Source: Octopus vulgaris
Taxonomy: Eukaryota
DNA: 64,000 nucleotides
Assembly (NCBI GenBank): GCA_951406725.2
Contig: OX597814.1
Coordinates: 147,188,001-147,252,000 of the forward strand
Direction of reading: 5' to 3'
Shown here piece by piece: positions 1 through 12,919 of the stretch. Below the pieces are notes generated by a model, which saw only the letters and a list, made by a program, of their open reading frames with translations, did not search any database and was not told where the DNA came from. Position 1 is the first letter of the stretch; each line of letters starts with the position of its first letter. A program made the translations under genes and the position numbers.

Positions 1-245
1 CGCTCAACAGCTGCGGCTGCCACGTATTCAAATCTCCCTTCTGCATTTTTACGGACGTCATCCAATATTGTAATGCTCCAATTACGATGTTTTATATTCT
101 TGTAAATCCGAAAAACCCTTCGCAGAGTGATTCACGGAATATCTGTCAGCTATCCGGCTCAGGAAAATATCAGAGGCTGTTCTAACTTCGAAACATATGC
201 CTTCTCCCTCCAAGCACATATACAGAAACTCCTCCAGAATTCTTT

Positions 246-287
<42 letters not shown>

Positions 288-540
288 CATACATACACAC
301 ACACCCACATATACATACACTAACACATGCCTGTGACTGAATTCTCTCTTCTTCAATAAAGCACCCCATTTATAGGAACATTCAACTTTCGGTGAGCCAC
401 CAGGTAGCAGGTAGTTCAACATAAAAGGAATGTTCCAACAGGTATTTTGTTAACAGTAACATGTCTCTTGGTTTTAAAATACCAACCTTCTATTGACTGA
501 CTTTCTCTGACAAATGTATGTACTTATGTATGTATGTATG

Positions 541-574
<34 letters not shown>

Positions 575-1378
575 TGTTTGTATGTACGTAACTTTCCTCA
601 AGACTCCTTCAGTACTAGAATTTGTGGTACTGTTGACGCTTTGATATATTGCAGCATACTGTATCCCCGTGTAACATTCCAATGGAAGTGTGGCCATGTT
701 AAATTGTCTCCTTGGTTAAAAATAAATACTTTCCATCACACAGACATTCATATAGTTTTCTTTTACGACATTTTCACTGAAAAATATTTTGCTCCACCGT
801 AATATATGTTCAATAAATTCAGATTAACTTGCTCCCTCACTCTCTTAATTGTATTTTCTCTCTGATGTCTTGCAAACAACTTACACATGAAAGTGCTACC
901 AGTCAAAAACTCCGCATACCGGAAGCCAGTAAGCGCATGGGGTCATCAGGAGAGAATGCGCACCGTCTCGGGGCCTACCTCTCATTGTATTTTCTCTCTG
1001 CCACTCATTACCTTCTGCGTACATACAAATACACATATGTATATATATATTTTGGCAGGTTCGCTAGAGTGTCTGATAAATTACATTGCTGTAGTCAATT
1101 CACCTTTCTTAGCTCTGGGTTCAAATCATGCTAAATTACTTTATCCATTCATCGTTTCAGGTTCGACAGAAATAGCAGCACAACTATACTTCTCTCTGTA
1201 TCTGTCTGCCTTTCTCTTTCACTCTGTTGTGGTCAGATCTGGAGAGGGGTAGTTTCTGCTACTCTGTATACTAAAAAAAAACAAAAAATATATATATAGT
1301 CTATGTATCAATCTATCAGCCTTTCTATCTTTATACAGACACACATAGACAAACACTCAAACACAGACATGCACACAC

Positions 1379-1616
<238 letters not shown>

Positions 1617-1624
1617 AATATAAA

Positions 1625-2270
1625 CTACAGTTACAGATAAATATTAAAGAGAACTACAAAGATGCCAAGAATTTATTTGATCATAGTGGTGGAAAACAGT
1701 GTAATGAATAAAAATAGTAATTTTAAATATCAATACATCAGAAGACGTAGAGAAAAAAGAAGCAAACATTAGAAATAAAACGCCTTCGAGAAATCGTGTA
1801 ATATCTGCATAAGGTCAGGATAGAATTTGAGAATTTTTTTTTTAAATCTAAAGCAAACTCAAAAATATTTTTAAATAATTACAAGTCCCCTCCGCTAGAA
1901 ATGAGGTAAAAAAATGAAAGGATACAATATGTTCACTAAAGAAGTTTTGTAAAACACATCTAACATCTATTGCTTAGAAATATAGTTGGAAACAAATTTT
2001 CATTCATATATAATTCGCAATTCTCTAAAATTTTACGAAAGGGAAAAATTCCATATCCAACATAAAGTCAATAATTGACAAAATGAAAAACATATTCCTT
2101 ACAAAATTTACTGGGCAGCTAAGCAACGCACAAAAAACCCCAACTCTAGCAAAGGCAATGTTTAAAACACAAAGTGAAGTTAATAAAATTATTAAAGATG
2201 CTTTCATGCCAACATAACAAAATGGAATTTTATACATACAAACACAATCATAATGATGGACAGGCGAACA
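1625..2270 (+). mobile_element. Highly decayed Penelope-like (Naiad-type) endonuclease-region remnant between (AT)n tracts
   Basis: KHIPYKIYWAAKQRTKNPNSSKGN and MLSCQHNKMEF resemble the PLE endonuclease C-terminus (I.W.I..RA..Y....C.LC...S.CRH..KF). Flanked by (AT)n on both sides. Confidence 0.4.
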
Positions 2271-2274
2271 TGGG

Positions 2275-2337
<63 letters not shown>

Positions 2338-2938
2338 CAGACAGACAGAGACAGGGAGAACAATAGAGAGACATGCTCACAGATCGCTGGATAAATACAG
2401 TCATATATACATACATATGCACCTGCGCGCACACACGCATACACACAAACACACATATTTATTTATATTGCATACGATTTCATCCACAACTGCTTATACA
2501 CAGACACACCTAATGTGTAACTTCCTGCATTTAGGCTGAAAAGAAACAGAATTTCCTTAGGAAATTCGGCTTGAATTCACGTGGCCTAGTGAATTAGACA
2601 TAACAAATAATTTTTTTTTTTATATGATATTATGAAGAAAGCAAATAATTTGCCTATTTCATATATTCAAAATTTCATTAAGAATGTCTTTGTTATCAGA
2701 AAATAAACAAAATAATGACCTTTACATTCTGATATTTTGATGTTCTCGTATTTGCATTATCACTGTGTCGATGTCGAAGAAATCATACCAATATAGCTTT
2801 ACGAGTATTAGTAAAAAATATTGCCTTCATCAACAATATTCTTTGTCCAACATTTAAAATTTGAACACCGCATATTGAAGTTATTACGATTACACCAGTT
2901 GAAGCATGGTGAGAACTATTGAATGCAAATAAACTAGG

Positions 2939-2985
<47 letters not shown>

Positions 2986-3931
2986 CGCAGAAGTGGGTGT
3001 GTGGTAGGTAGTTGCTTACCAGCATATGTCGCTAGTTGTCCTGTTGCTTACAGAGAGAGAAGACGCGAGCTTTGGCACCGTGAATAGAAAAAAAAAGAAC
3101 AAAATGAAAAGTCGTCAAGGTGAGATGTTTTTTTTTTTTAATTTTGTCCGAGGTTGGTGTGAATTTATTGCCTTTTCTATTTTTCAGCAAGTTCCTGCCT
3201 AGCTCTAGGGCAATTTCGTCTCCCACCCAAGCAGTGGTTAAAAGATATGGAGGAGAGGAAGGTGGTGGGTAGAACTTACTCTAAAGTTCTCGATACCATC
3301 ACCGTCTTCCCAAAACCAACTACTGAAACTTTTTATACATGAGAATAAATTGAGATAGCGCATAAAGATCTAATACTAGATAGTAATCGTATAATGGTGT
3401 ATAAAGAGCTAATACTAGATAGTAATCGTAAAAAAAGTATTAAAGATGTAAAAAGGGTTAAAGAGAGAGTAAGATGTATAAGAGGGTCTTATGTTTGCAT
3501 AAAAAAAACTAATATTCCTTAGTATGTATTAAATATAAGGCAGAAAAATAAGTAAAAATAGAAAGATAGTTGCTAATATTACAATTTAAATAGTAAATAC
3601 TTGCTGTAGTTATAAAGATGAAAGACGTGAAATTGAAATAGGGAAAAAATGTAGTAATACGGAAAAATAAATAAATCAATGTAGGGAGATAAATGAGGTG
3701 AGAATGAAAATAGTAAATAAGTAAAAAGGTTTATTTTAGTTATATATTCATGTACAAGGTTATACAGTAGCTGTGTTTTAGTATAAATAAAATTTTATTA
3801 TGAGGTAAATACTAGCTTAGTATTATGTGAACGGGATATGCAATAATAGTTGGGTAGTATTGATATTCAAGTAATGGTAGAGTATAGTCAATTATGTACA
3901 TAAGAAAACATAGGAGTGCACCCTCCTACAT

Positions 3932-3971
<40 letters not shown>

Positions 3972-4039
3972 AACAAAATAATATATAAACAGATGCATAT
4001 ATACATACATATATGTACATACCTACATATCTATATGTA

Positions 4040-4470
4040 TATATACATGCATATAAAGGACACCAAAAGAACGTTGAATAAGAAACGAAAAATTAGAGTA
4101 AAACACATACAACACAAGGAATATTCCCCTTCTCCAGTTGTCCCTGTTTCGGCTACTCCGCGTTTCGAAGGATAAGGATAAGACGCGATTTCGTTGAAAC
4201 TGTCCTTCCCGCAAAGCAAATTAAATAAAATTTGGGATTTTTTGCGGAGGCGTAAAAGTGGTAACAAAAACAGGACAGTAAAAACAAAACAAAACAGTAA
4301 AAACAATACAATTAAAACACTAAAAGACAGGACGAGGAGAATAACACAGTAAAAACAAAGGATGAGGGTTGTTAAGCCGTGACGATGGAAAAATTATTTT
4401 GAACGCATTGAGAAGACGGCTTACGTGAAGGACAGGATAAGCCGTATTGACTTGTTGAACGTAGCAGTAT
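4040..4470 (-). mobile_element. Interspersed repeat family D (pLTR-like), second truncated copy at 44855-45021
   Basis: AAAGGACACCAA..AACGTTGAATA..AGAAACGAAAA..GAATATTCCCCTTCT(C/T)CAGTTG..TTTCGGCTACTCCGC.TTTCGA shared by both loci. Confidence 0.7.
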
Positions 4471-4489
4471 ATAATGTATGTGCTTGTAG

Positions 4490-4672
4490 ATCTGTGTTTG
4501 TCCCCCACCATCGCTTGACAAGCGATATTGGCATGTTTGCATCCCCATAACTTAGCATTTCGGAATAAGAGACCGATGGAATAAGTACTAGGCTTACAAA
4601 GAATAAATCCTGAGGTCAATTTGTTCGACTAAATGTGGGGCTCCAGCATGACCGCAGTCAAATGCCTGAAAC
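4490..4672 (+). mobile_element. SINE family B, 3' half
   Basis: TGTTTGTCCCCCACCATCGCTTGACAAGCG..AGAATAAATCCTGAGGTCAATTTGTTCGACTAAA..GCTCCAGCATGACCGCAGTCAAATG. Confidence 0.8.
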
Positions 4673-5015
4673 TTTCAGCTGAAATCACCTGATCAAGCAA
4701 TTTTCCGGACAATCTACCGAACCCCATATCAATAGCTTCATTACGGACGATATAGATTTGCAAAACCACCTGCTAAATACATAAAGAACAAATTAAGTGA
4801 CAGTCATGCCATCCTTTGATATTGTGTACCTTTTGCGAAAATCCCACACGACTATGGAATAGAAGCAATCACATTCCCTTTGAAAAAGTATCAACAAGGA
4901 GCTCATAACTGAAGAATTAAAATGTATTCTCCAGAATAATTATTTCATATTGATCCCATTTAATCTCGACAGAGATGTAGAATTACAAAATTATATCTAT
5001 ATCTAATTAATATTA

Positions 5016-6892
5016 CCGGGGTTTTTCGAAAATCCGGCCATCCATCAGATCGCCCATGGGCGTTTATTGGATGGGCGGTTATTTGTGGTTAAAAATTGAA
5101 ACAGAGTTAGTGTTCTTGTTTGCATTCTGTTTAGACGTTTATTTGCTGTATGTCTGTAAATAAATTCAAAGGATTTTTATTTCCAATAACGGAGTCGAAA
5201 GAAAATATATCAAAACGTATTCAACGATCATATACCATTAGTGAAAAATTGAATGCTATTAAACTAGTGAAAGAACATTCTGCCAATTTGTCTGCTGCGT
5301 CAAGAGACAGGTATTGATAGAAAAAAGATTGAGAGAATGGTGCACAAAAGAAACCGAGTTAATCAATATGTCAGACAAGATGAAGCGCAGATCAACTGGT
5401 GGAGGTAGAGGACCCACACATAGAGATCTAGAGATCGAACTCTTACAGTGGATTGTTGTTCAGCGCGCAAACAATAGAGTTGTAAATTATCGCCGTTTAC
5501 GGGAATATAATTTTGAATTGGTAAAAAGATTTGTAATTGAAATGAACAGTTTTAGATATTCTGATAAATGGATTTTCAACTTCATGAAACGGAATAAACT
5601 GTCTGTAAGAAAGATTACTCTTGTTCTTCAAGCAGACAATAAAACACTTGGAGAAAAGGCACACATCGCCAGTGACTATCTAGATGGCATTCCAGTATTA
5701 ACAGCAGATAAGGATGCTGACCAGATTTATAATATGGATGAAACACTTCTATACGTTGAATGTTGAGTTCAACAGCCATAGACTTTGTTGGCAATAAAAA
5801 TGTTGATATTAGACACTGTAGTGCTACCAAAGCTCATTTTATTGCTGTGTTAGTGCTGCAGGAAAGGTGTTGAAAACAATGATTATCCGTAAAGGATTGA
5901 AAAACGTGCCTAAAATCATGGTTCTAAAGAGTATTTACTTAACAGTCTCCAACAGGGGATCAATCACATATGAACTCATGCAGCTGTAGGCTGACAAATT
6001 TTTTATGCAGAGAAGAGCACAACAATTCCATGCTCAAAATTCTGTGCTATTCATGGATGAATGCTCAGTCACAAGAAAACAGAGCTCCTAGAAGGGTTCA
6101 AACGTAGGAATACAATTCTCAAACTTATACCTCCTAAAACAACATCTTACTTGCAGCCGTTAGATGTATCAATTATTGGTCTTTCAAGAAAGCCATTCGC
6201 GCTGAATGGGAGAATTAGTTTTGAAATGGCGAAAAAGGAGTACACAAATAAAGGATTTGTGACCCAATCTGTTGCCACTTTCAAAAGAAAAAAACTATAA
6301 AGCGTGCTTTTGAATGCTGGTGAATTGCTCTTCGCGGAGAGTCTGTAGAACATAGCCTTTAAACTCACGCTTATAGGATGTTTTTTCTAGCCTTGAGATA
6401 AATGTGCCAGATGCACATAATGAAAAAAAACTGAAGATGAGATACAAGTAAGTAAAATTAGCACTGATGTGAATTATGGCCAACCAACAAATGAAGAAAT
6501 TCTTGACATTTAACTTGAAACTATTCGGTTATTATTCTACCATAAATGCCGAAGACTTCGATTCATGTTTTCAATAGTTTAATTTTCAATATTTCCTAAT
6601 AGATCCATTGTTAACTTTAGAATATTTTTATATAAAGGTACTTCTTTTATGGCTGTTTCAGTTTCTTTATGTCTGTGTTTCTGATAACTGAAACGATAGA
6701 AGTTCAATGGAATTGTATAAAATAAATATGGTTTCTGCGAATATATTTGTTTTTCCTAGGGGAAATATTTTACTTCTATATTACCGCCCATGGGCGCTTA
6801 TTATAAGTGGGCAGTTATTTAAGCCTAAAAATAGTTTTGTAAAGTCGAATTTTTCGTTTAACAGCCCTAGGTGGATTTTCGGAAAACCCAGG
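5016..6892 (+). mobile_element. Full-length decayed pogo-superfamily DNA transposon (DD35D, Passer/POGK-like architecture)
   Basis: Left TIR CCGGGGTTTTTCGAAAATCC (5016-5035) vs reverse complement of right end CCTGGGTTTTCCGAAAATCC (6873-6892), 18/20. TA on both sides (5014-15, 6893-94). Subterminal palindrome CGCCCATGGGCG at 5051 and 6785. Transposase remnants inside. Confidence 0.93.
5189..6510 (+). pseudogene. pogo-type transposase pseudogene (N-terminal HTH, CENP-B HTH, DDE_1 domain), frameshifted
   Basis: KRIQRSYTISEKLNAIKLVKEH (N-terminal HTH; apparent start ACG at 5189). ORF 5314-5766 has LEIELLQWIVVQR..FRYSDKWIFNFMKRNKLSVRKIT..IYNMDET. Then LFMDE..HKK..LIPPKTTSYLQPLDVS (ORF 6061-6300). 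Several frameshifts and stops; 3' end approximate. Confidence 0.9.
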
Positions 6893-7454
6893 TACCACAA
6901 AAATAATTATTACAAAACTATGGATACTCCTTTTTACCAATATATAAGAGACAGTGGAAAAGACAATGAGATAACTGCTTTATCATTTGGAATGAAAGTA
7001 TTAATAAACTATTCAAATATAAAACACTGCTCAATGGGATAAATATGATTATTCAATTCAGAATGGAATACTGCAAAAAAGTCAGTTACGAAATTTGAGC
7101 CTATGCCATCGGAAACATATTAAAATAAATATTCCTTTCAATTTAACGAAAAGGAATTGTTCAATAGTGAGTGATAGAAATACACAGGAATTGCGACTTC
7201 AAGATACATTAAGCACATACACAAGTACATAATGGGATAAAACATGCTAAGAGAATTCATATCCAGGCACTATGGGAAGTGTAACAATATTATACACAAG
7301 ATTTACAAATATAATCCTGAATATCTACCGACAACCATAGAAGCAATGAGGCAACTAAATTATTATTCAAAATATTGAGATGTTAGAGGGATCTACAACT
7401 GAACTTTAGAAATTTTATTCCTCTAGTTGCGAATGCAATGGAGCACAGTCTGTA

Positions 7455-7844
7455 GGAGTCGCAATGGCCCAATGCTTAGGGCAGCGGACTCGAGGTCGGA
7501 GGATCGCAGTTTCGATTCTCAGACCGGGCGTTGTGTGTGTTTATTGAGCGAAAACACCTAAATCTCCACGAGGCTCCGGCAGTGGTGGTGGTGGGGGGTA
7601 TCAACCCCTGTTGTACTCTTTCGCTCCAACTTTCTCTCACTCTTTCTTTCTGTTACTTGTCCCCGACTTCCTACGCAACCGCTGAGCCTGGAGGCGCATT
7701 TATCCATCCGTCGAAGTTCTCGGTGTCGGGGGTTGACCTGCTTTCTCTTCTGCGGGTCTTACGAATAGCAAAGGACCACGTTTCGGACTTCTCCCATCTT
7801 GCGAGCTCTGGGACGAAGACCATTCGCTCAACAACAACAGCAAC
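7455..7844 (+). mobile_element. tRNA-derived SINE with (AAC)n tail and target-site duplication
   Basis: Head GGAGTCGCAATGGCCCAATGCTTAGGGCAGCGGACTCG..GTTTCGATTCTC (Pol III A/B-box-like). Tail CAACAACAACAGCAAC. TSD AGCACAGTCTGTA (7442-7454) / AGCACCGTCTGCA (7845-7857), 11/13. Confidence 0.85.
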
Positions 7845-8658
7845 AGCACCGTCTGCATATTAAACGTGTAAATCATGAGACAAACTTTATTGAAAACTAT
7901 CGAGCACAGTTGAATATGAACATATATCCAATTATAGAATATGTAACTATTTTAGTACATATATATCTTTTTGATCGACATGTATTCAATTTACTTTGCA
8001 AAACAGTGGTATTTACATCTCCTCAATATAATGATTTTAATCAAGACTACCCCACCTAAAATTGGAATTAACCCCCCCCCCCAATTAATTTACAAACTAT
8101 TGTTTTCCCTACTAACATGTAACGAAAACATCATGATAGCATGAAATCATAACATTGTCCTTAACTACTCTGCAAGATGAGAACAAGCGAAACCGGTCGA
8201 CTCTGTAAATACTTTATTTCATGAATACATATTGTTTTTTCTACAATAACATTTCTATGCATTTCATTCGTTTCATATTTTTACTCTGTGTGTGTGTTTG
8301 TGTGTAAATGTGTGCGCGTAAATGTGTATGTGTAGACAGAGAGAGAGAGGGGGACGAAAGAAAGAGGAGATGAGAGAATGCATATTAAATCAGGTAGTTT
8401 AAGGCGTATTAGAAGATTAGCGCGGTAACAGCCACACTTTAGTAATAGATTTCAACCGTATCATAGAAGCACCTTCTGAAGACATATGTGTGCTATGCTA
8501 AGAGCAATAGTCATAGAATGCAAAGTAAACAAAAGAATGCAAAGAAAGGAAATACTGCAGTATAACAATGGAGCAGCAGAGTATTTGTTTAACTGACTAA
8601 CTGATATTTTTGTTTATACATGTATATTCGTATATCCATAGATCCACACACACACACG

Positions 8659-8715
<57 letters not shown>

Positions 8716-8951
8716 GTATATAATCATATATATATAAAATATATATATATATATATATACATATAGGTATATAATCGTATATATATATACTAGTGTATAT
8801 ATATGTATGTGTGTATGTGTGTACGTGCATATACACACACATAGACACTTACAACGCGCTGCCCCAGAGTGGCCGCATTCTAATGACCGAAACGAGTAAA
8901 CATAACAGATAAAGATAAGAAGCATATACATACACACACATACACACACAT

Positions 8952-9076
<125 letters not shown>

Positions 9077-9724
9077 TATAGATAGATAGATGCATTTATA
9101 CAGGTTCATGTTTATGCATGAGTATACATCTATAGTTTTGAATATATTTGTGTGGATGTACGTGTCCATTGCAAAAATTTTATGTAACTTTCTCTTCAAA
9201 AGAGCCATATGTTGAGTTGATTTTGCGTTGCTTAGCTGCCTGGCGCATTTTATTAAAAATGTATTCAAAATGTTCTTAATGTATAACGTTACATTACAGA
9301 ATGGAACTGTTTCTCTGTTACGTAAGCTATCACAGAATAGTGAATTTTACTTGAATGAACTTTTCTTTCCAACTATATTTGTAAATAGTTTTGAGATTGC
9401 ATGTATATTAGCTGCAATTTTATTACAGTTTTTACTTCACTTATTCTGCATGCATATTTAGATTTTTTTTCTTTTACTATTTTAGTTTTTGTTATGGTGG
9501 ATTGCGAATATTTTTTTTTCCTTCTCATAATTCGAAATTTTTGCAGTTCTCTTCTGATCTGTTGTGAATGTCACATGGATTCTCGTGTGTTTATGACTTG
9601 TTTGCTTGTGACTTGTAATATATTGATAACTGAAATAACTAAAGTCAATATTTTCTGTCATCAATACTTGTGCATGTGTGTTTATATATGTGTGTATATA
9701 TGTGCATATATACTATTTTCCTAT

Positions 9725-9940
9725 TTTACTTGTTGCAGTCATTTGACTGTGGCCATGCTGGAGCACCGCCTTTAGTTGAGCAAATCGACCCAAGGACTTA
9801 CTTGGGTCGTAGTAGTATTCTATCAGTTTATTTTGCCGAACCGCTAAGTTACGGGGACATAAACACACCAGCGTCGGTTTTCAAGCGATGTTAGGGGGGA
9901 CAAACACACACACACACAAACACAAACATAAACGCACACA

Positions 9941-9976
<36 letters not shown>

Positions 9977-10125
9977 TAGATAGATATACATATATACGAC
10001 GACCTCCTTTCAGTTTCCTGTCTACCAAATCCACTCACAAAGCACTTGCCCAAGGTGACACGCAGTGGGAATGAACCCGGAACCATGTGGCTGGTAAGCA
10101 AGCTTCTCACCAAACAGTCACTCCT
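9725..10125 (-). mobile_element. tRNA-derived SINE, family B (internal microsatellite), near full length
   Basis: Minus strand head CAGGAGTGACTGTTTGG..CCACATGGTTCCGGGTTCATTCCCACTGCG; 3' half TTTGTCCCCCC..CCCCGTAACTTAGCGGTTCGGC..GGCGGTGCTCCAGCATGGCC. Many homologues in the window. Confidence 0.85.
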
Positions 10126-10136
10126 GTATATATGTG

Positions 10137-10175
<39 letters not shown>

Positions 10176-10261
10176 ATATCCCTGTATAATTTGAGAGATA
10201 AATATATGGAAATATAAATAAATAGACAGACAGACAGATAGACAGACAGATAGATAGATAT

Positions 10262-10343
<82 letters not shown>

Positions 10344-11293
10344 GCATGTAAGAATGAATACAAATATAATATGTTTGGTATAACTCGGAGTTGAAATATA
10401 TTTGCTTATACAACCGCTTGTATGCCAGTTAATTGTCGGACACAGTAAAAAGTAATAAAATATTATTTTCTTAAACATATAACGTAAGTTTTATTCACTT
10501 GCGTTTCTGGAGTTTAAACCACTCTATCTGTAGCCAGTTGAAATCACAAAATTTGTGAGGATCAAGCATTTGTAATAGTTATATACTTTATGAAACGTTA
10601 CGTATACAATTTTATGGAGATTTGGATTAATATGAAATGCAATAATTCGAATGTTGTACTTCAAGTAAGATGTGAAACGATATTCTTAATCCAATAATAG
10701 TTTTGCTCTTGACTTGCAAGTGAAAACAAAAATATCGAAAATATAGAAAACCTTATCAAAAGAATACAAAAAGTAGAAGTATTTCTTATTTTATGTCTAA
10801 TGAAGCCAGTATGCTGAGTGTATGCTAAAATTGTACTTAAGTAGTAATCATAAAATATAATTTACATGCATTCAGTTACATTTCCCCGATATACCTAAAT
10901 ACAATTATATATTAAAGTTAGCTATACCCAGCAGTTGGATGAGAATTTAATTGCCTGACTGAACTTTTTTGAGTCTCATTATTCACGTTCAAAAGCATAT
11001 GAAGTTTTAATCTTATATGTTAGGATCGATATTTTGTTTTTACATTTTATGCAGTCAAACGTTGTAACTAGATGCAGTATTAGAACCATAAGGATTCAGA
11101 AATCGAAAATGAATTTCTAATGCTGTTTTGGATAAATTTGGTGTTGTCCTCATCATTTAAAATACTTATTACTGTATTACTATTATATCACATATTTACT
11201 ACAGAATGACGAATTAAGTTTCATGGTGACATTTCTTTCTTTGCAAGAATATTCCTTCTTTCAGAAGGCGGAGGAATCAAAAATATACAAGGT

Positions 11294-11570
11294 AAAGAAG
11301 CATTCTGTAAAGAAAATCTACACACAACGAAGATTTCTCAATTCAAATTGAATGCAGGGACTATCATAGAGGCAATCAACTTGGGGACGTTATCAATGAG
11401 ATTCCTTGCTTGAATTACTGAATGGAGAAGTGTTGAGATGAAGAACATTCAACAAACAGGGTGCGACTGAGAACGAGCCAAACCATGCATAGCTAATCAC
11501 AAGTCGACTGGTAACCCTAGTAAAGATCAGAAGTAGGAAGAGGTAGCTGAGTATCGACGAGGTAGCAGAA
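11294..11570 (+). mobile_element. R4/Dong-type non-LTR retrotransposon fragment (post-RT region)
   Basis: One frame reads KEAFCKENLHTTKISQFKLNAGTIIEAINLGTLSMRFLA*ITEWRSVEMKNIQQ, similar to the R4/Dong motif KILKSKLNAGN.IKAIN..AV...RY.AGI.EW...EL; a decayed GGRG-like block follows. Confidence 0.62.
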
Positions 11571-11719
11571 CCAGAGAAAGTAGCATCAGTTTTCTATATT
11601 GCAAACAGAAACAATATTCAGTAAGGAAGTGATACATGAAGGAATAGTTATAGAATTTGAAAGAAATAATAAAGGGAAAGCAGGAGAAGTCTCAGACGTC
11701 TAAATAATGCATTAGAGTT

Positions 11720-12157
11720 GCCCGTTCTTTCCGACTGCGCGGAGAGGAGTAACGTGAAATGAAGTGTTCTGCTCACAGGCTCAACGCATCGCCCGGTCCT
11801 GTAATGACCCACAGTCATAAGATCAAGAAGGCGGCACCCTAACCACTGAGTCATAGAGTGACATACTGGCACTCCAACGGTTACAACGACGTGGGTTCTA
11901 GCTGATCTGAACAACGGAACACGCTGCTCGTGAAATTAACGTGCAAATGGTGTACTCACAATAGAGAGATTCAGCGTGATACAGTGTGACAAGGCCGGCC
12001 CTTTGAAATACAGTTACTACTCATCTTTGTCAGCTGAGTGAACTGGAGCAACATGAAATAAAATGCCTTACTCAAGGAGACAACTAGTCGCCGTAATCGA
12101 ACTCACGGCCTTACAATCGTAAGCAGAATACACTAACGCTAACCAGTAAGCCACGCT
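11720..12157 (-). mobile_element. Two adjacent tRNA-derived SINE remnants (family C-like)
   Basis: Both read on minus as TGG/ACT(C/T)A..GGTTAG heads followed by TGAG(C/T)A..CA(C/T)TT(C/T)ATTTCA(C/T)GTT(A/G)CTCC..; a related copy lies at ~45360-45570. Confidence 0.65.
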
Positions 12158-12769
12158 TACATATAAGGAGACAGGAAAGTAAGATTTATCGAGTAATTGA
12201 AAGATGCATAATTAATTTCCTACAAAGATACCTGTATAGGCTCATATCTAGAGATGGATTTTATTTTTGCCTATTTTGAGTGTCTGTATGTGACAATGAG
12301 AGTGTCCATAAAAAGGGGCTTTTACATAGATAAGTGCAAGTGTATTTGTGTTCAATGGCAATTACGGCGTCACGTTTTAATCCTAAGGGGAGAACATGCC
12401 TCAGGAAGCTTTCGGTCAGGTACGCATAGAATAAACAAAGTTTACCCAGAATCATATTTGGCCTTATTTTACGACGTTACCGTTTCCAGTGAAAACAGCC
12501 GATACATGATATGACGAACATTAGCATCAAACCGGATGTACGGATGGCAGCGCGAAGCGTTACAAAATTCAACACGTCAATAACTGGTTAATATTAGCTG
12601 CAGAAGTGACATATATTGAGTTACTGATCATGTTATACTTTGAAAATCGTATCAGTTGAGAGGATTAAGATGTATTTGATTAATGTGAACGATTTTTTCA
12701 CATACATATATAGATGAAATAAAACCAAACTTTATTCGTTCCTCACAAAGAGCATCATTTGTTTTACAA

Positions 12770-12800
<31 letters not shown>

Positions 12801-12919
12801 AACACACACACACACACACATATATAACCGTATAATTACACGAACACATAGAGACTAATACACACACATGCCCACCACCCATATAAACATTCTGGCGCAC
12901 AGACAATATTCCAGGAGAG

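Larger units (their letters stand above)
4680..8280 (+). mobile_element. Decayed Penelope-like retroelement (RT, thumb, GIY-YIG C-terminus, 3' pLTR-like tail), interrupted by the pogo element and a SINE
   Basis: Manual translation: SFITDDIDLQNHL..SFDIVYL..IPHDYGIEAI..LKCILQNNYF (4735-4950). After the pogo: DNCFIIWNESINKLFKYKTLLNGINMIIQFRMEY (YIDD region), LCHRKHIKINIPFNLTKRNCSIVSD, ISTDNHRSNEA. After the SINE: KRVNHETNFIENYRAQLN. These match PLE RT/thumb/endonuclease motifs as I know them; internal deletions present. Confidence 0.8.

Noticed and set aside
3365-3432. Repeated CTAATACTAGATAGTAATCGTA, and the 27-bp repeat at 44545, as CRISPR-like arrays
   Set aside because: Only two units each, simple tandem duplications in eukaryotic context with no cas genes.
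8165-8205. Hammerhead at the PLE 3' end (CTGCAAGATGAG..CGAAACCGGTC)
   Set aside because: Position and palindromic stem III fit, but stems I/II and the core are too damaged to call; counted only as a remnant.
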